Below, piece by piece: positions 20,409 to 30,505 of a stretch of 64,000 bases of DNA. The stretch's first letter is position 1, and each line of letters starts with the position of its first letter. This DNA is from an uncultured Gemmatimonadales bacterium (GTDB lineage: Bacteria; Gemmatimonadota; Gemmatimonadetes; Palauibacterales; Palauibacteraceae). The notes under the pieces are model-generated. The model searched no databases. It saw only the letters and a list, made by a program, of their open reading frames with translations, and was not told the origin of the DNA. Position numbers and translations under genes: made by a program. Where the stretch lies: positions 96,001 through 160,000 of the forward strand of contig CAWANJ010000009.1 of the NCBI GenBank assembly GCA_963783385.1, given 5' to 3'.

Positions 20409-21038
20409 CTATCCGAGTCGCCCGCTGAACCTCCGCCACGGTAGGCACCAGCCCGCTTCCCGCTCCGAGTCGTCCGCGTCGCGGGCGCGGGCGATCCCGC
20501 CGTCCACCGTACGCGTGACGACCGGCGGCGGGGCGGGCGCCAGCAGGCTGCGGCCCGTCGGGTCGGCGAAGCCCCGCTGGCGCGCCTCGTCCCGGGTGAG
20601 GGGGATGAAGCGCCCGTCCGTCGCCCCCACCCGAAGGGCCTCGCTGAGGTCCGACAGGTACGTCCCGTGCCGCGCCTGCAGCCATGCGGCGATGCGGGCC
20701 AGCTCGGACTCCACGGCGCCCGGCAGGCCCGGGTCGTCCGGGCGGGGCCGGTCGCGCGTGTGGAGGCGTCCGTCGGGGCGAAGGTAGGCCCGGGGCACCG
20801 CCCAGCGAGGGTCGCCGCGGCCCAGCAGGCTGGACGCCTCGTCCAGGTAGGCCACCGCCAGGAGCCGGGCCAGGGGTTCGAGCCCCCCGTGCGAGCGGCC
20901 CGCCATCAGGAGCCAGTGGTAGCTGTGCCGCGAGGCGTGCTTGGCGATGAGCGCCACGGTCCGCGGCGTGGGCGGATTGAGCCGCATGAGGACGAGCTCG
21001 AACCGACGCCCCGCGCCCGATGTGCGCGGGGCGCTCAC
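20409..21038 (-). CDS. Hypothetical protein
   Basis: Fills the gap downstream of the amidohydrolase, GGAGG-like RBS, no recognised motif. Confidence 0.5.
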   Translation of the reverse strand: MSAPRTSGAGRRFELVLMRLNPPTPRTVALIAKHASRHSYHWLLMAGRSHGGLEPLARLLAVAYLDEASSLLGRGDPRWAVPRAYLRPDGRLHTRDRPRPDDPGLPGAVESELARIAAWLQARHGTYLSDLSEALRVGATDGRFIPLTRDEARQRGFADPTGRSLLAPAPPPVVTRTVDGGIARARDADDSEREAGWCLPWRRFSGRLG

Positions 21039-21102
21039 GCCGCCCCTCCCGTGTCCCGTCTCGACCTCACCGCGCCGTCTCCCCGCGTCCGTCGACCGCC
21101 CG

Positions 21103-22900
21103 CTAACGACTCCCGTCCGCCCGTCGATACACCACCCGGCCGCCCACGATCGTGAGGTCGACCTTCGCGGTCGGAATCGAGTCGGCGGGGATGGTCATGA
21201 GGTCCTTCGAGAGGACGACCACGTCGCCCAGCTTCCCGGGCGTGAGCGAGCCGAGCTCGTGCTCCTCGAACAGCGCGTAGGCCGCGTTGATCGTGTAGGA
21301 GCGAAGCGCCTCCTCACGGGTCATCTTCTCTTCGGGGAAGAAGAGCTTCCCGTTCGACAGCCTGCGCGTGACCGCGCAGTAGAAGTTGGGGATCGGGTCC
21401 AGCCGCTCCACCGGGGCGTCGGTGCCATTGGCGATGATGGCGCCCGCGTCCATGAGCTTCCGCCACGCGTAGGCGCCAGCCTTCGCCCGCTCCTCGCCCA
21501 GTCGTGTCACCACGTAGGGGCCGTCGGAGCAGGCGTGCAGTGTCTGCATGGAGGCGATCACGTGCATCTCGCCGAACCGGGGGATGTCGGCGGGGTCCAG
21601 GTGCTGGGCGTGCTCGATCCTCCAGCGGAGGTCCTTCGCTCCGGGGTGCTCCCGCGAAGATCTGCTGGAAGGTGTCCAGCACCTCGCGGTTGGCCCGGTC
21701 CCCGATGGCGTGCACGGTGACCTGGAAGCCGTTCCTCAGCGCGACCTCCGCCTCGCCCCGTATTCGGGCAATGGGCGTGACGTTGAGGCCCGACGTGGAG
21801 GGAAGGTCCGCATATGGCTTCAGGAACCAGGCGCTGTGCGTGCCGAGCGCCCCGTCCGAGAGGACCTCGCCCACGGCGCGCACGGTGAGGTGGTCGTCGC
21901 CGTAGCCCACCAGCCAGTGGTCGGGGAGGTGGCGGGCCAGACTGTCCGGTGACATGGACTCGACCTCCACGTACAGCCGGATCGGCACCTTCCCGGCGGC
22001 CACCTGCTGCTTGAGGAAGTCGAGGGTCGCGAACGACTCGCCCTGGTCGTCGAAGCCGGTGACGCCGGTGGAGACCGCGTCGTGCGAGGCCAGTCGCACC
22101 GTCTCGGCCATGTCCGCCCGGACCTGCTCGGGCGTGCGGCGGTCCAGGTCGCGCTGGTAGACGCGCCGCACGAGGCCCTGGGCGTTGTCCCGCAGCATTC
22201 CGATGGCGTGCCCGTTCGCATCCCGGACGATCTCGCCCCCCTCCGGGCTGGGCGTGGCGTCGGTGATCCCGGCCAGCTCGAGCGCCTTGCCGTTCACGAA
22301 GGAGGCGTGGCCGCTGGCGTGCTCGAGCAGCACCGGGTTGTCGGGCGAGACCGAGTCCAGGCTGGCGTGGAGGGGAAGCCCCTCGACGTTCGGATGCGGG
22401 GGATGCTCCCACTTGGCCTGGTGCCATCCCTGGCCGAGGATCCACTCGCCGGGCTCGGCCTTCCTGGCCGCCTCGGCCACCTTCGCCACGATGTCACTCC
22501 AGGTGGGGACGCCCATGAGGTCGAGCTGCTTGAGGGATTCTCCCAGTCCCATGAAGTGGGCGTGCGCGTCGATGAAGCCGGGAATGGCCAGTCGGCCGCG
22601 GAGGTCGACGACCTTCGTGTCAGGGCCCACAAAGCGCTGAATGGCCGCGTCGCTCCCCACGGCCAGGATGCGGTGGTCCCGGATGGCCAGGGCCTCGGCG
22701 CGGGGCTGCGCCGAATCGACGGTCACGATCTTCCCGTGCTCGAGCACGAGGTCGGCCGGGCCCCGCTCCCAGTACCAGTCGCCGTGGGCCGTCCGGATGG
22801 CGGGGGGCGGTCCCTGCTGGGCGCGCAGGCTCGAGGTGAGGACGGCGACGGCGACCACGGCGAGCCCGAAAACCTGCGGTGGGTAGCTACACGGCCTCAT
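21103..22900 (-). CDS. Exported amidohydrolase (Amidohydro_3/YtcJ-like) with one frameshift near 21650
   Basis: PGFIDAHAH and HAIGDRA in ORF 21314-22900. WRIEHAQH, GTDAPVE, YTINAAYA and GKLGD follow after removing one base in GCGGGAG. Confidence 0.88.
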
Positions 22901-22987
22901 GCTGCTATCTCCTTGCCTCCATCGAATCGTAGGCTGCGGCCGGGACGGGGTGACGCGTGCCCCGGCCGGCGCGGCTCGTGGTGACTC

Positions 22988-24382
22988 TCAAGTCACCTCG
23001 GCCAGGCACTCCCGCAGGATGGCCAGGCCCGCGTCCACGTCCCCCTCGTCCACCACCAGAGGTGGTGCCAGCCTCAGGGTGCTGCGCCCGCAACCCAGGA
23101 TGAGGAGCCCCCGGCCGAAGGCGGCCTTCTCCAGCGCCGAGACGAGCTCGGGCGCGGGCTCGCGGGTGTCCCGGTCCCGGACGAACTCGACCCCGATCAT
23201 GAGGCCGAGGCCGCGCACGTCGCCGATCGCGTCGAACTCTCCCTGCAGCTCGCGCACGCCCTGCATGAGCCGCTCGCCCATGTGCGCCGCGTTGTCGCAC
23301 AGCCCCTCCTCGACCAGGTCGAGAGTGGCCAGCGCCGCCGCGCAGCATACCGGGTTGCCCCCGAACGTGGACCCGTGGGAGCCCGACTCCCAGCCCGTGG
23401 CAGCCTCGGTGGCGACGATGGCGCCGATCGGCATGCCGGAGCCGAGGCCCTTGGCGGTGAGGAGGATGTCCGGCTCGACCCCCGTGTGCTCGATCGCGAA
23501 CATCTTGCCCGTGCGCCCGATCCCCGACTGGATCTCGTCGGCGACCAGCAGGATGCCGTGCCGGTCGCACAGGTCGCGCAGGGCGGGGAGCCAGTCCGGG
23601 GGCGGCAGCACGTAGCCGCCCTCGCCCTGCAGGGGCTCCACGAAGATCGCGGCGACGTCCTCCGGCGCCAGCTCCCGGCGGAACAGGTCCTCCTCCAGGG
23701 TGCGCACGCAGTACAGCGCGCACCCGGGGTAGGTCTTCCCGTAGTCGCACCGGTAGCAGTAGCCGTAGGGGACGTGATGGACGCCCGGCAGGAAGGGCCC
23801 GAACCCGGCCCGCTGCTTCACCTTGCTCGAGGTGAGACTCATGCCGCCGTAGGTGCGGCCGTGGAAGGCGCCCTTGAAGGCGATGATGTCGGTGCGTCCC
23901 GTCGTCCGCCGCGCCAGCTTGATGGCGCCCTCCACGGCTTCGGTGCCCGAGTTGCTGACGAAGACGCGCTTGGGACTCGGGCCCGGCGCCACTCGGGCCA
24001 GCCGCTCGCACAGGTCCGCGAGGCCCGGGTAGTGGAAGTCGCTTCCGCAGATGTGGAGGAAGTCCTCCGCCGCCTCCTGGATGGCCTTCACGACCTTCGG
24101 ATGGGAGTGGCCGGTGGCCGCGACCGCGATCCCGGCCATGAAGTCCAGGAAGCGGTTCCCGTCCACGTCCTCGATCATGGCGCCCCGGCCCCGGGCCACG
24201 ACGAGGGGGTACTCCTTGATGTAGCAGGAGGACGCGAAGCGGGCGTCGCGCTCGACCACCTCCCGGGCGCGCGGGCCCGGAGGAGGCACGACGATCCTGG
24301 GATAGTCGTGGTCGCGCGTGGCCGTCCCCGTCGAGGACGCGGCCCCCGCGCCGGAGCCGCCGGCGCCGCTCGCGGGGCTCAC
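22988..24382 (-). CDS. Class III PLP aminotransferase (GabT/ornithine/lysine type)
   Basis: NSGTEAVE, FHGRT, EPLQGEGG, DEIQSGIGRTG, AKG. GTGA overlap with the ALDH. Confidence 0.92.
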   Translation of the reverse strand: MSPASGAGGSGAGAASSTGTATRDHDYPRIVVPPPGPRAREVVERDARFASSCYIKEYPLVVARGRGAMIEDVDGNRFLDFMAGIAVAATGHSHPKVVKAIQEAAEDFLHICGSDFHYPGLADLCERLARVAPGPSPKRVFVSNSGTEAVEGAIKLARRTTGRTDIIAFKGAFHGRTYGGMSLTSSKVKQRAGFGPFLPGVHHVPYGYCYRCDYGKTYPGCALYCVRTLEEDLFRRELAPEDVAAIFVEPLQGEGGYVLPPPDWLPALRDLCDRHGILLVADEIQSGIGRTGKMFAIEHTGVEPDILLTAKGLGSGMPIGAIVATEAATGWESGSHGSTFGGNPVCCAAALATLDLVEEGLCDNAAHMGERLMQGVRELQGEFDAIGDVRGLGLMIGVEFVRDRDTREPAPELVSALEKAAFGRGLLILGCGRSTLRLAPPLVVDEGDVDAGLAILRECLAEVT

Positions 24383-25971
24383 GCGTCGCCTCCGATCACC
24401 GTGCGGCTCTGCTCGCGCATGAACTGGGCGACGTAGTACGGTCCGCAGCCGCCCTTGCCCGTCGAGCCGGAGCCCTTCCAGCCGCAGAACGGCTGGGCGC
24501 CCGGCCAGGCGCCCGTGGTCGCCCCCGTGCGCTTGTTGGCGTAACACACGCCCGCCTCGATCTCGTCGAAGAAGCGCTCGATCTCCTCTTCGCGGCCCGT
24601 GAAGATGCCGCTGGTGAGGCCGTAGGGCGCCCGGTTGGTCTCGCGGATCGCCTCGTCGAGGCCGGAGACCTCGCCCACGGCCAGGAAGGGGACGAACAGC
24701 TCCTCGGTGAACAGGGCGCTGGACAGGGGCAGGGTGGCCACGGTGGGCGCCACGTACAGTCCCTTCGCCAGATCCCCTTCTTTGAGCCGGTGGCCGCCGG
24801 TGAGGACCTCTCCTTCCTCGCGGGCCCGGGCCACGGCGCGCTCGTAGCGCTCCACCGAGGAGGGCTCGATGAGCGGGCCGAAGTTGACGTCGCGCTCGGT
24901 GGGATCCCCGATCACGACCTCGGCGGTCTTCTCGAGCAGGAGCCGGACGAACTCCTCGGCCACGTCACGGTGCACGTACACGCGGGAGGTGGCGCTGCAC
25001 TTCTGGTTCTGGAGCCCCCAGGCTCCGCGCGCCACACCCTCCGCCGCGGCCTCGAGGTCGGCGGTGTCCATGACGAGGGCGGCGTTCTTGCCGCCCAGCT
25101 CCATGAGGCAGGGCTTGATCCACTCACGGCCGAGGCCGTGGTGGATCTTCATCCCGACCTCGCGCGAGCCGGTGAACACGACGCCATCCACGCCGGGGTG
25201 CCGCCACAGCGGCTCGCCGGCCTCCTCGCCGCGCCCGGAAACGTACGAGAAGGCGTCGGCGGGGACGCCGGCCTCCATGTAGATGTCGTACAGCCGGAGC
25301 CCCGTCCAGGGCGTCTGCTCGGCCGGCTTGTAGATCACCGTGTTGCCGGTGGCCAGGGCGGCCGCGGACATGCCGGTCGACAGCGCCATGGGGAAGTTGA
25401 ACGGCGAGATGCAGGCGAACACGCCGTACGGGCGCAGCACGTCGATGTTGCGCTCGTGGGGCGTCACCCGGGCCATCTCCCGGACGAAGCCGTCCGCTTC
25501 CTCCACCTGGGAGCAGTAGTAGTCGACCAGGTCGGCGGCCTCTTCCGCGTCCCCCATGGACTCCAGCCGGCTCTTCCCGACCTCGAGGCTCATGGTGGCC
25601 GCCAGGAGGTACTTGCGCTCACGGATGAGCGCCGCGGCCGCGCGCAGGATCTCGAGGCGTTCGCGCCACGGGAGGCGCGCCCACTCCGCCCGTCCGCGCC
25701 GCGCCGCGGTCACCGCCTCGGAGACCTCGTCCTGGCCGGCGGCGGCGAAGCGCCCGAGCACGAACGAGGTGTCGATCGGGGTCACGTCCTCGATCGGGTC
25801 GTGCGAGCCCGGCACCTCACGTCCCCCGATGAACAGGGGATGCTCCTGTCCCGAGGCGCCGCGCACGGTCTCCAGGGCCTGGTCGAACCGGACGTGGAAC
25901 GCCTCCATGTCGACGTTCGCGCTCGTGTAGGTCACCTTCTCGCTTCCGCCGTCGCCTGGGTTCGGCGCCAT
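24379..25971 (-). CDS. Aldehyde dehydrogenase (P5C/P6C-dehydrogenase-like)
   Basis: ISPFNFP, FTGS, ELGGKN, QKCSATSR, EELFVP, PFCGWKGSG. Confidence 0.92.
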   Translation of the reverse strand: MAPNPGDGGSEKVTYTSANVDMEAFHVRFDQALETVRGASGQEHPLFIGGREVPGSHDPIEDVTPIDTSFVLGRFAAAGQDEVSEAVTAARRGRAEWARLPWRERLEILRAAAALIRERKYLLAATMSLEVGKSRLESMGDAEEAADLVDYYCSQVEEADGFVREMARVTPHERNIDVLRPYGVFACISPFNFPMALSTGMSAAALATGNTVIYKPAEQTPWTGLRLYDIYMEAGVPADAFSYVSGRGEEAGEPLWRHPGVDGVVFTGSREVGMKIHHGLGREWIKPCLMELGGKNAALVMDTADLEAAAEGVARGAWGLQNQKCSATSRVYVHRDVAEEFVRLLLEKTAEVVIGDPTERDVNFGPLIEPSSVERYERAVARAREEGEVLTGGHRLKEGDLAKGLYVAPTVATLPLSSALFTEELFVPFLAVGEVSGLDEAIRETNRAPYGLTSGIFTGREEEIERFFDEIEAGVCYANKRTGATTGAWPGAQPFCGWKGSGSTGKGGCGPYYVAQFMREQSRTVIGGDA

Positions 25972-26229
25972 GAACCGTCCTCCCGCCCGAGGGCCCTGAA
26001 TGCGTGGCGACTCGTCCGCCCGGGGGTGCGAGCCGCGAAGGGCGAGAGTATAGTGGCGCACGGTATACCAAGGCCAGACGAGGGCGAGCTCGGTCGCCCG
26101 TCGCCGGGCCGAGGCCCCTGGTGTGGGCCGGCCGCGCCCCGGCGCGGCGGCGATCGAGAGCGCGACGCACGCACGGCGGAACGCCGGCGGGCGCGCGAAC
26201 AGAGTGGATCTCCGTGGGAGCCGGACCCG

Positions 26230-27021
26230 ATGAGCGCAGATGACGCACCGCTGCTCGTGAGGCGCGAGGACGACCTCCTCGTGCTCACCCTGAACCGACC
26301 CGATCGACTGAACGCCGTGAGTCTCCCCCTGTACCGGGCCCTGGTCGAGGCGCTGCGCGGAGCGGGGGAGGATCCTGGCGTGCGGGCCGTGGTGCTCACG
26401 GGCGCCGGCCGGGCGTTCTCGGTGGGGGCGGACCTCAAGGCGCACGCGTCCGATCCCCTGGCCGAAGCGGCGAGGCGGGAGTACGTGAGCCTGGCCCAGG
26501 AGGCCAACGAGCTCCTCCAGTCCCTTCCGCGGCCCGTGGTCGCGGCCGTGAACGGGCACGCCATCGGGGGCGGCCTCGAGATGGCGCTGTCCTCGGACTT
26601 CATCGTGGTGGCGGAGGCGGCCAAGCTCCGCTTCCCCGAGGTCACGCTCGGGACGTTCCTGGGCGGCGGGGTCACCCGGACCCTTCCCGCGCGCGTCGGG
26701 CTGGCGAAGGCCCGGGAGCTCCTCTACCTGGGCGAGTTCTTCTCGGGGGCCGAGGCCGCCGCGATGGGCGTGGCCGACCGGGCGCTGCCCACGGAGCGCG
26801 TGCTCCCCGAGGCGTTGGATCTGGCCGGGCGGCTGGCCAGGAAGGCGCCCCGGTCGCTGGCGCACGCCAAGCGGCTCCTGGGCCTGGCGCCGGGCCTCGA
26901 CCGTCGGCGACTGCTGGACCTCGAGGCCGAGGCGCTCCTGGACATCATGGGCACGCGCGACTGGCAGGAGGGGCTGGACGCGTTCCACGAGGGCCGCGAG
27001 CCGGAGTATACGGGTGAGTGA
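26230..27021 (+). CDS. Enoyl-CoA hydratase/isomerase
   Basis: LNRPDRLNA, AFSVGADL, GGGLE and FPE (both catalytic Glu). C-terminal part of ORF 24790-27021. Confidence 0.9.
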   Translation: MSADDAPLLVRREDDLLVLTLNRPDRLNAVSLPLYRALVEALRGAGEDPGVRAVVLTGAGRAFSVGADLKAHASDPLAEAARREYVSLAQEANELLQSLPRPVVAAVNGHAIGGGLEMALSSDFIVVAEAAKLRFPEVTLGTFLGGGVTRTLPARVGLAKARELLYLGEFFSGAEAAAMGVADRALPTERVLPEALDLAGRLARKAPRSLAHAKRLLGLAPGLDRRRLLDLEAEALLDIMGTRDWQEGLDAFHEGREPEYTGE

Positions 27022-29149
27022 GCTCGACGCGCTGCTCCGGCCGCGCTCGGTCGTGGTGGTCGGGGCCTCGTCGGACCCGAGCAAGCGCGGTTACCAGGTG
27101 ATCCCGGCCCTGCGAGGGGCGGGCTTCCGGGGGGAGGTCCACCTGGTGAACCCCAGGGGCGGCGAGATCCTCGGGCTTCCCGTGGCGCCGTCGATCGAGG
27201 CGCTGCCGTCCGCGGCGGACCTGGCCCTGGTGTGCACGCCGGCGCCCACCGTGCCGGAGATCCTGGAGGAGTGCGCCGCGGGCGGCGTGCGGGGCGCGGT
27301 CGTCCTGGCCACCGGTTTCCGGGAGGCCGGGAAGGACGGGGCGGCGCTCGAGGAGCGCCTGCGGGACGTCATCCGGCGCACCGGCGTGCGGGTCATCGGG
27401 CCCAACACCTCCGGGATCCTCAACATGACCCACGGGCTCAACCTGATCGGCGCCCGCGACGTGCGCTCCGGCTCGATCGCCCTCCTGCTCCAGTCCGGGA
27501 ACGTGGCGCTCCAGTTGATGACCGAGATCACCGAGCGCACCTCGGCCGGGATCTCCGTGTGCGTCGGAGTCGGAAACGAGGTCGACGTGGGCTTCCACGA
27601 AGTGCTGGACTGGCTGGGCCGTGACCCCGACACGGGCGCCGTGCTCATGTACGCCGACGCTTTCCGGGAGCCGCGCGCCCTGCTGGAGACGGCCTCGCGG
27701 GTCAGCCGGCACAAGCCGGTGGTGCTGCTGGGGGCCGGGCGCACCGGGGAAGGGGCGACCGCGGCGCGCTCGCATACCGGCGCCCTGTCGGGTCCGCACG
27801 ACGTGCTGGCCGCGGGGCTGGCGCAGGCGGGGATCACGGAGGTCCGGCGCTCGGACGAGCTCCTCCCCGTGGGACTCGCCCTCGCCACGCAGGCCGCGGC
27901 CTCCCGGGGCGGCGTGGCCATCCTGTCCGATGGCGGCGGTCACGGGGTGCTGGCCGCCGATGCCCTCATCGAGGGGGGCACGCCGCTCTCCGAGCTCGCC
28001 GGGGCCACCCGCGACGCGCTTCGCGAGGTCCTCGGCCCCAGGGCCGCGGTGGGCAATCCCGTCGACGTCGGCGGTCCGGCGGACGCCGACCCCATCGTGT
28101 TCGCCCGGGTGACGGAGACGCTGGCGGCCGATCCCGATGTGGCCACGATCCTGGTCATAGGGCTGTTCGGAGGCTACCACATTCGCTTCGACCCGGCCCT
28201 GGAGGATGCGGAGCGCGCCGCGGCCCGCGGCATGGCGGAGGCGGCGCGCCGGGCCGGGAAGGGACTGGTGGTGCACTCCATGTACGCGCTCCGCCGGCCC
28301 TCGCCGCTCCGGGCCCTGGAAGAGGAGGGCGTGCCGGTCGTCGCGTCGCTCGACGCCGCGTGCACGGCCGCCACGGCACTCGTGCGGCGCGCGGCGGGGC
28401 GGGCAGCCTGGCCGCCGCCGGCCGCGCCGGAGCCCGCGGGGCGGGCGGATGAGGCGGACGTGGCGGAGGCGGCCGGTCGGACGCGCGAGGCGGCCGCCGC
28501 CGGGCGCACGGCCCTCACCGAGCCCGAGGCGCGGCGGCTCCTGGCCGCTTTCGGCGTGCCGATGGTCGAGGCCGAGCTGTGCGCCTCGGCGGAGGAGGCC
28601 GTGGCGGCGTCGGAGCGGTTCGGCGGGGCGGTGGCCGTGAAGGTCGTGGCCCGCGAAGTCCTCCACAAGACGGAGGCGGGCGGGGTGGTGCTCGGCGTCC
28701 GGGGGCCGGAGGCGGTCCGTGAGGCGTTCGACGCCATCCGGGCCCGGACGCCGGGGCTCGAGGGCGTGCTCGTGTCACCCATGCTCCCCGAGCCCGTGGC
28801 CGAGGTCCTGGTCGGAGCCAGGCGCGACCCGGGGCTCGGTCCCGTCCTCACGCTCGGGGCCGGCGGCGTGGCCGTCGAGCTCCTGCACGACGTCGTCCAC
28901 CGGGTGCTGCCCGTGGGTCCCGGGGAGGTTCCGTCGATGGCGCGGGCGCTGCGGACGTCGGCCCTCCTCCTCGGGCACCGCGGCGCCCCGCCCGCCGACC
29001 TGTCCGCTCTCGAGGCCGCCGCGGCGGGCGTGGCCCGCTGCCTCGCCGAAGTGACCGTGGTGACCGACGTCGAGGTCAACCCCCTGTTCCTGTATCCGGA
29101 GGGTGCCCGGGCGGTGGACGCCCGGGTCCTCCTGGAAGGAGACTCATGA
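27014..29149 (+). CDS. ADP-forming acyl-CoA synthetase (acetate-CoA ligase family, fused alpha/beta)
   Basis: VVGAS, GPNT.G, ARSHTGAL phospho-His, NPVD, HKTEAGGV, EVNPL. Confidence 0.92.
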   Translation: MSELDALLRPRSVVVVGASSDPSKRGYQVIPALRGAGFRGEVHLVNPRGGEILGLPVAPSIEALPSAADLALVCTPAPTVPEILEECAAGGVRGAVVLATGFREAGKDGAALEERLRDVIRRTGVRVIGPNTSGILNMTHGLNLIGARDVRSGSIALLLQSGNVALQLMTEITERTSAGISVCVGVGNEVDVGFHEVLDWLGRDPDTGAVLMYADAFREPRALLETASRVSRHKPVVLLGAGRTGEGATAARSHTGALSGPHDVLAAGLAQAGITEVRRSDELLPVGLALATQAAASRGGVAILSDGGGHGVLAADALIEGGTPLSELAGATRDALREVLGPRAAVGNPVDVGGPADADPIVFARVTETLAADPDVATILVIGLFGGYHIRFDPALEDAERAAARGMAEAARRAGKGLVVHSMYALRRPSPLRALEEEGVPVVASLDAACTAATALVRRAAGRAAWPPPAAPEPAGRADEADVAEAAGRTREAAAAGRTALTEPEARRLLAAFGVPMVEAELCASAEEAVAASERFGGAVAVKVVAREVLHKTEAGGVVLGVRGPEAVREAFDAIRARTPGLEGVLVSPMLPEPVAEVLVGARRDPGLGPVLTLGAGGVAVELLHDVVHRVLPVGPGEVPSMARALRTSALLLGHRGAPPADLSALEAAAAGVARCLAEVTVVTDVEVNPLFLYPEGARAVDARVLLEGDS

Positions 29150-30306
29150 CTGCTGCGAGATCGGATGCCGTGAACGTCATCGTGCTGGGGGCCGGACGCG
29201 TGGGAGCCGCCATGGCCAGGGACCTGGCCGCAAGCTCCCGGTTCGAGACCACCGTCGTGGACGTGTCGGAGGAGGCGCTGAACCGCCTCCAGGACGTCCC
29301 GCGCCTGGAGATGGCGCAAGCCGACCTGTCCGATGCCTCGGTCCTGCGGAATCTCGTCGAGGGCCACGACCTGGTGGTCAGCGCCGTGCCGGGGCCCATG
29401 GGCTTCCGCACCGTGTGGACGGTCCTGGAGGCCGGGCGGAGCGTGGTCGACATCTCCTTCTTCGATGAAGACCCGTTCGAGCTCGACAGCCTGGCCCGGG
29501 AGAAGGGCTGCACCGCCGTGGTCGACTGCGGCGTGGTCCCGGGCTTCTCCAACATCCTCGCCGGCCGCTACGAGCAGGAGCTCGATCCGCTGAGGCGCGT
29601 CCGTTGCCTGTGCGGGGGCGTTCCCACCGTGCGTTACTGGCCGTACGAGTACCGGGCCACCTTCTCTCCCATCGACGTCATCGCGGAATACACGCGACCC
29701 GCGCGCCTGCGGAGGGGAGGCCGGGACCTCACCCTGCCGGCGCTCTCGGAGGTCGAGCCGGTGGAGTTCGAGGGCGTGGGCACCCTGGAGGCCTTCAACA
29801 CGGACGGTCTACGCACCCTTCTCCGGACCGTGGACGTGGAGGAGATGGTGGACAAGACGGTCCGCTATCCGGGGCACGCGGACAAGATGCGGCTGCTGCG
29901 CGAGACCGGGTACTTGTCGGAGGAGCCGGTCCGGATCGGCGACGGCGAGGTCCGGCCCATCGACCTCACGGCGGCGCTCCTGTTCGAGGAGTGGCAGTTC
30001 CGGGAGGGCGAGGAGGATCTCACGGTCATGCGGGTCGAGCTGGAGGGCGGCAGCGAGGGACGGGAGGTGCGCCACACCTGGAGCCTGGTGGACCGGTACG
30101 ACCGCCAGCAGGGGATCTCCTCCATGGCGCGGGCCACGGGCTACACCTGCACGGCGGCCGTCCACCTGGTCGCCGATGGGCGCTACCCGGCTCCCGGGAT
30201 GTCTCCGCCGGAGTTCCTGGGCCGGGACGCGGACTGCTTCGAGTTCATCGTGGGCTACCTGCGCGAACGGGGCGTGGACTGGCGCCACGACGTCGAGGCG
30301 TCGTGA
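29146..30306 (+). CDS. Saccharopine dehydrogenase / lysine 6-dehydrogenase family protein
   Basis: VLGAGRVG, DCGVVPGFSN, EAFNTDGLRTL, KTVRYPGH, SMARATGY. Confidence 0.88.
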   Translation: MTAARSDAVNVIVLGAGRVGAAMARDLAASSRFETTVVDVSEEALNRLQDVPRLEMAQADLSDASVLRNLVEGHDLVVSAVPGPMGFRTVWTVLEAGRSVVDISFFDEDPFELDSLAREKGCTAVVDCGVVPGFSNILAGRYEQELDPLRRVRCLCGGVPTVRYWPYEYRATFSPIDVIAEYTRPARLRRGGRDLTLPALSEVEPVEFEGVGTLEAFNTDGLRTLLRTVDVEEMVDKTVRYPGHADKMRLLRETGYLSEEPVRIGDGEVRPIDLTAALLFEEWQFREGEEDLTVMRVELEGGSEGREVRHTWSLVDRYDRQQGISSMARATGYTCTAAVHLVADGRYPAPGMSPPEFLGRDADCFEFIVGYLRERGVDWRHDVEAS

Positions 30307-30505
30307 GGACCCGGCCGGGCGAAGGCCGACGGCCGGCACCGCCGTGCGTCCCGGTTGGACGGGCCGGGCCGGGCCCGGTAGGTTGGCCGGCCGTCGAACC
30401 GTCCGTCCATCGGCCCCGGTCGGTGCGCCGCTGCGCACCCGCTCCCGGGGATGCATCGACAGGCAGGACGGAACGGGTCACCCGCCGTAAGCCAGTGGAG
30501 GTCGC

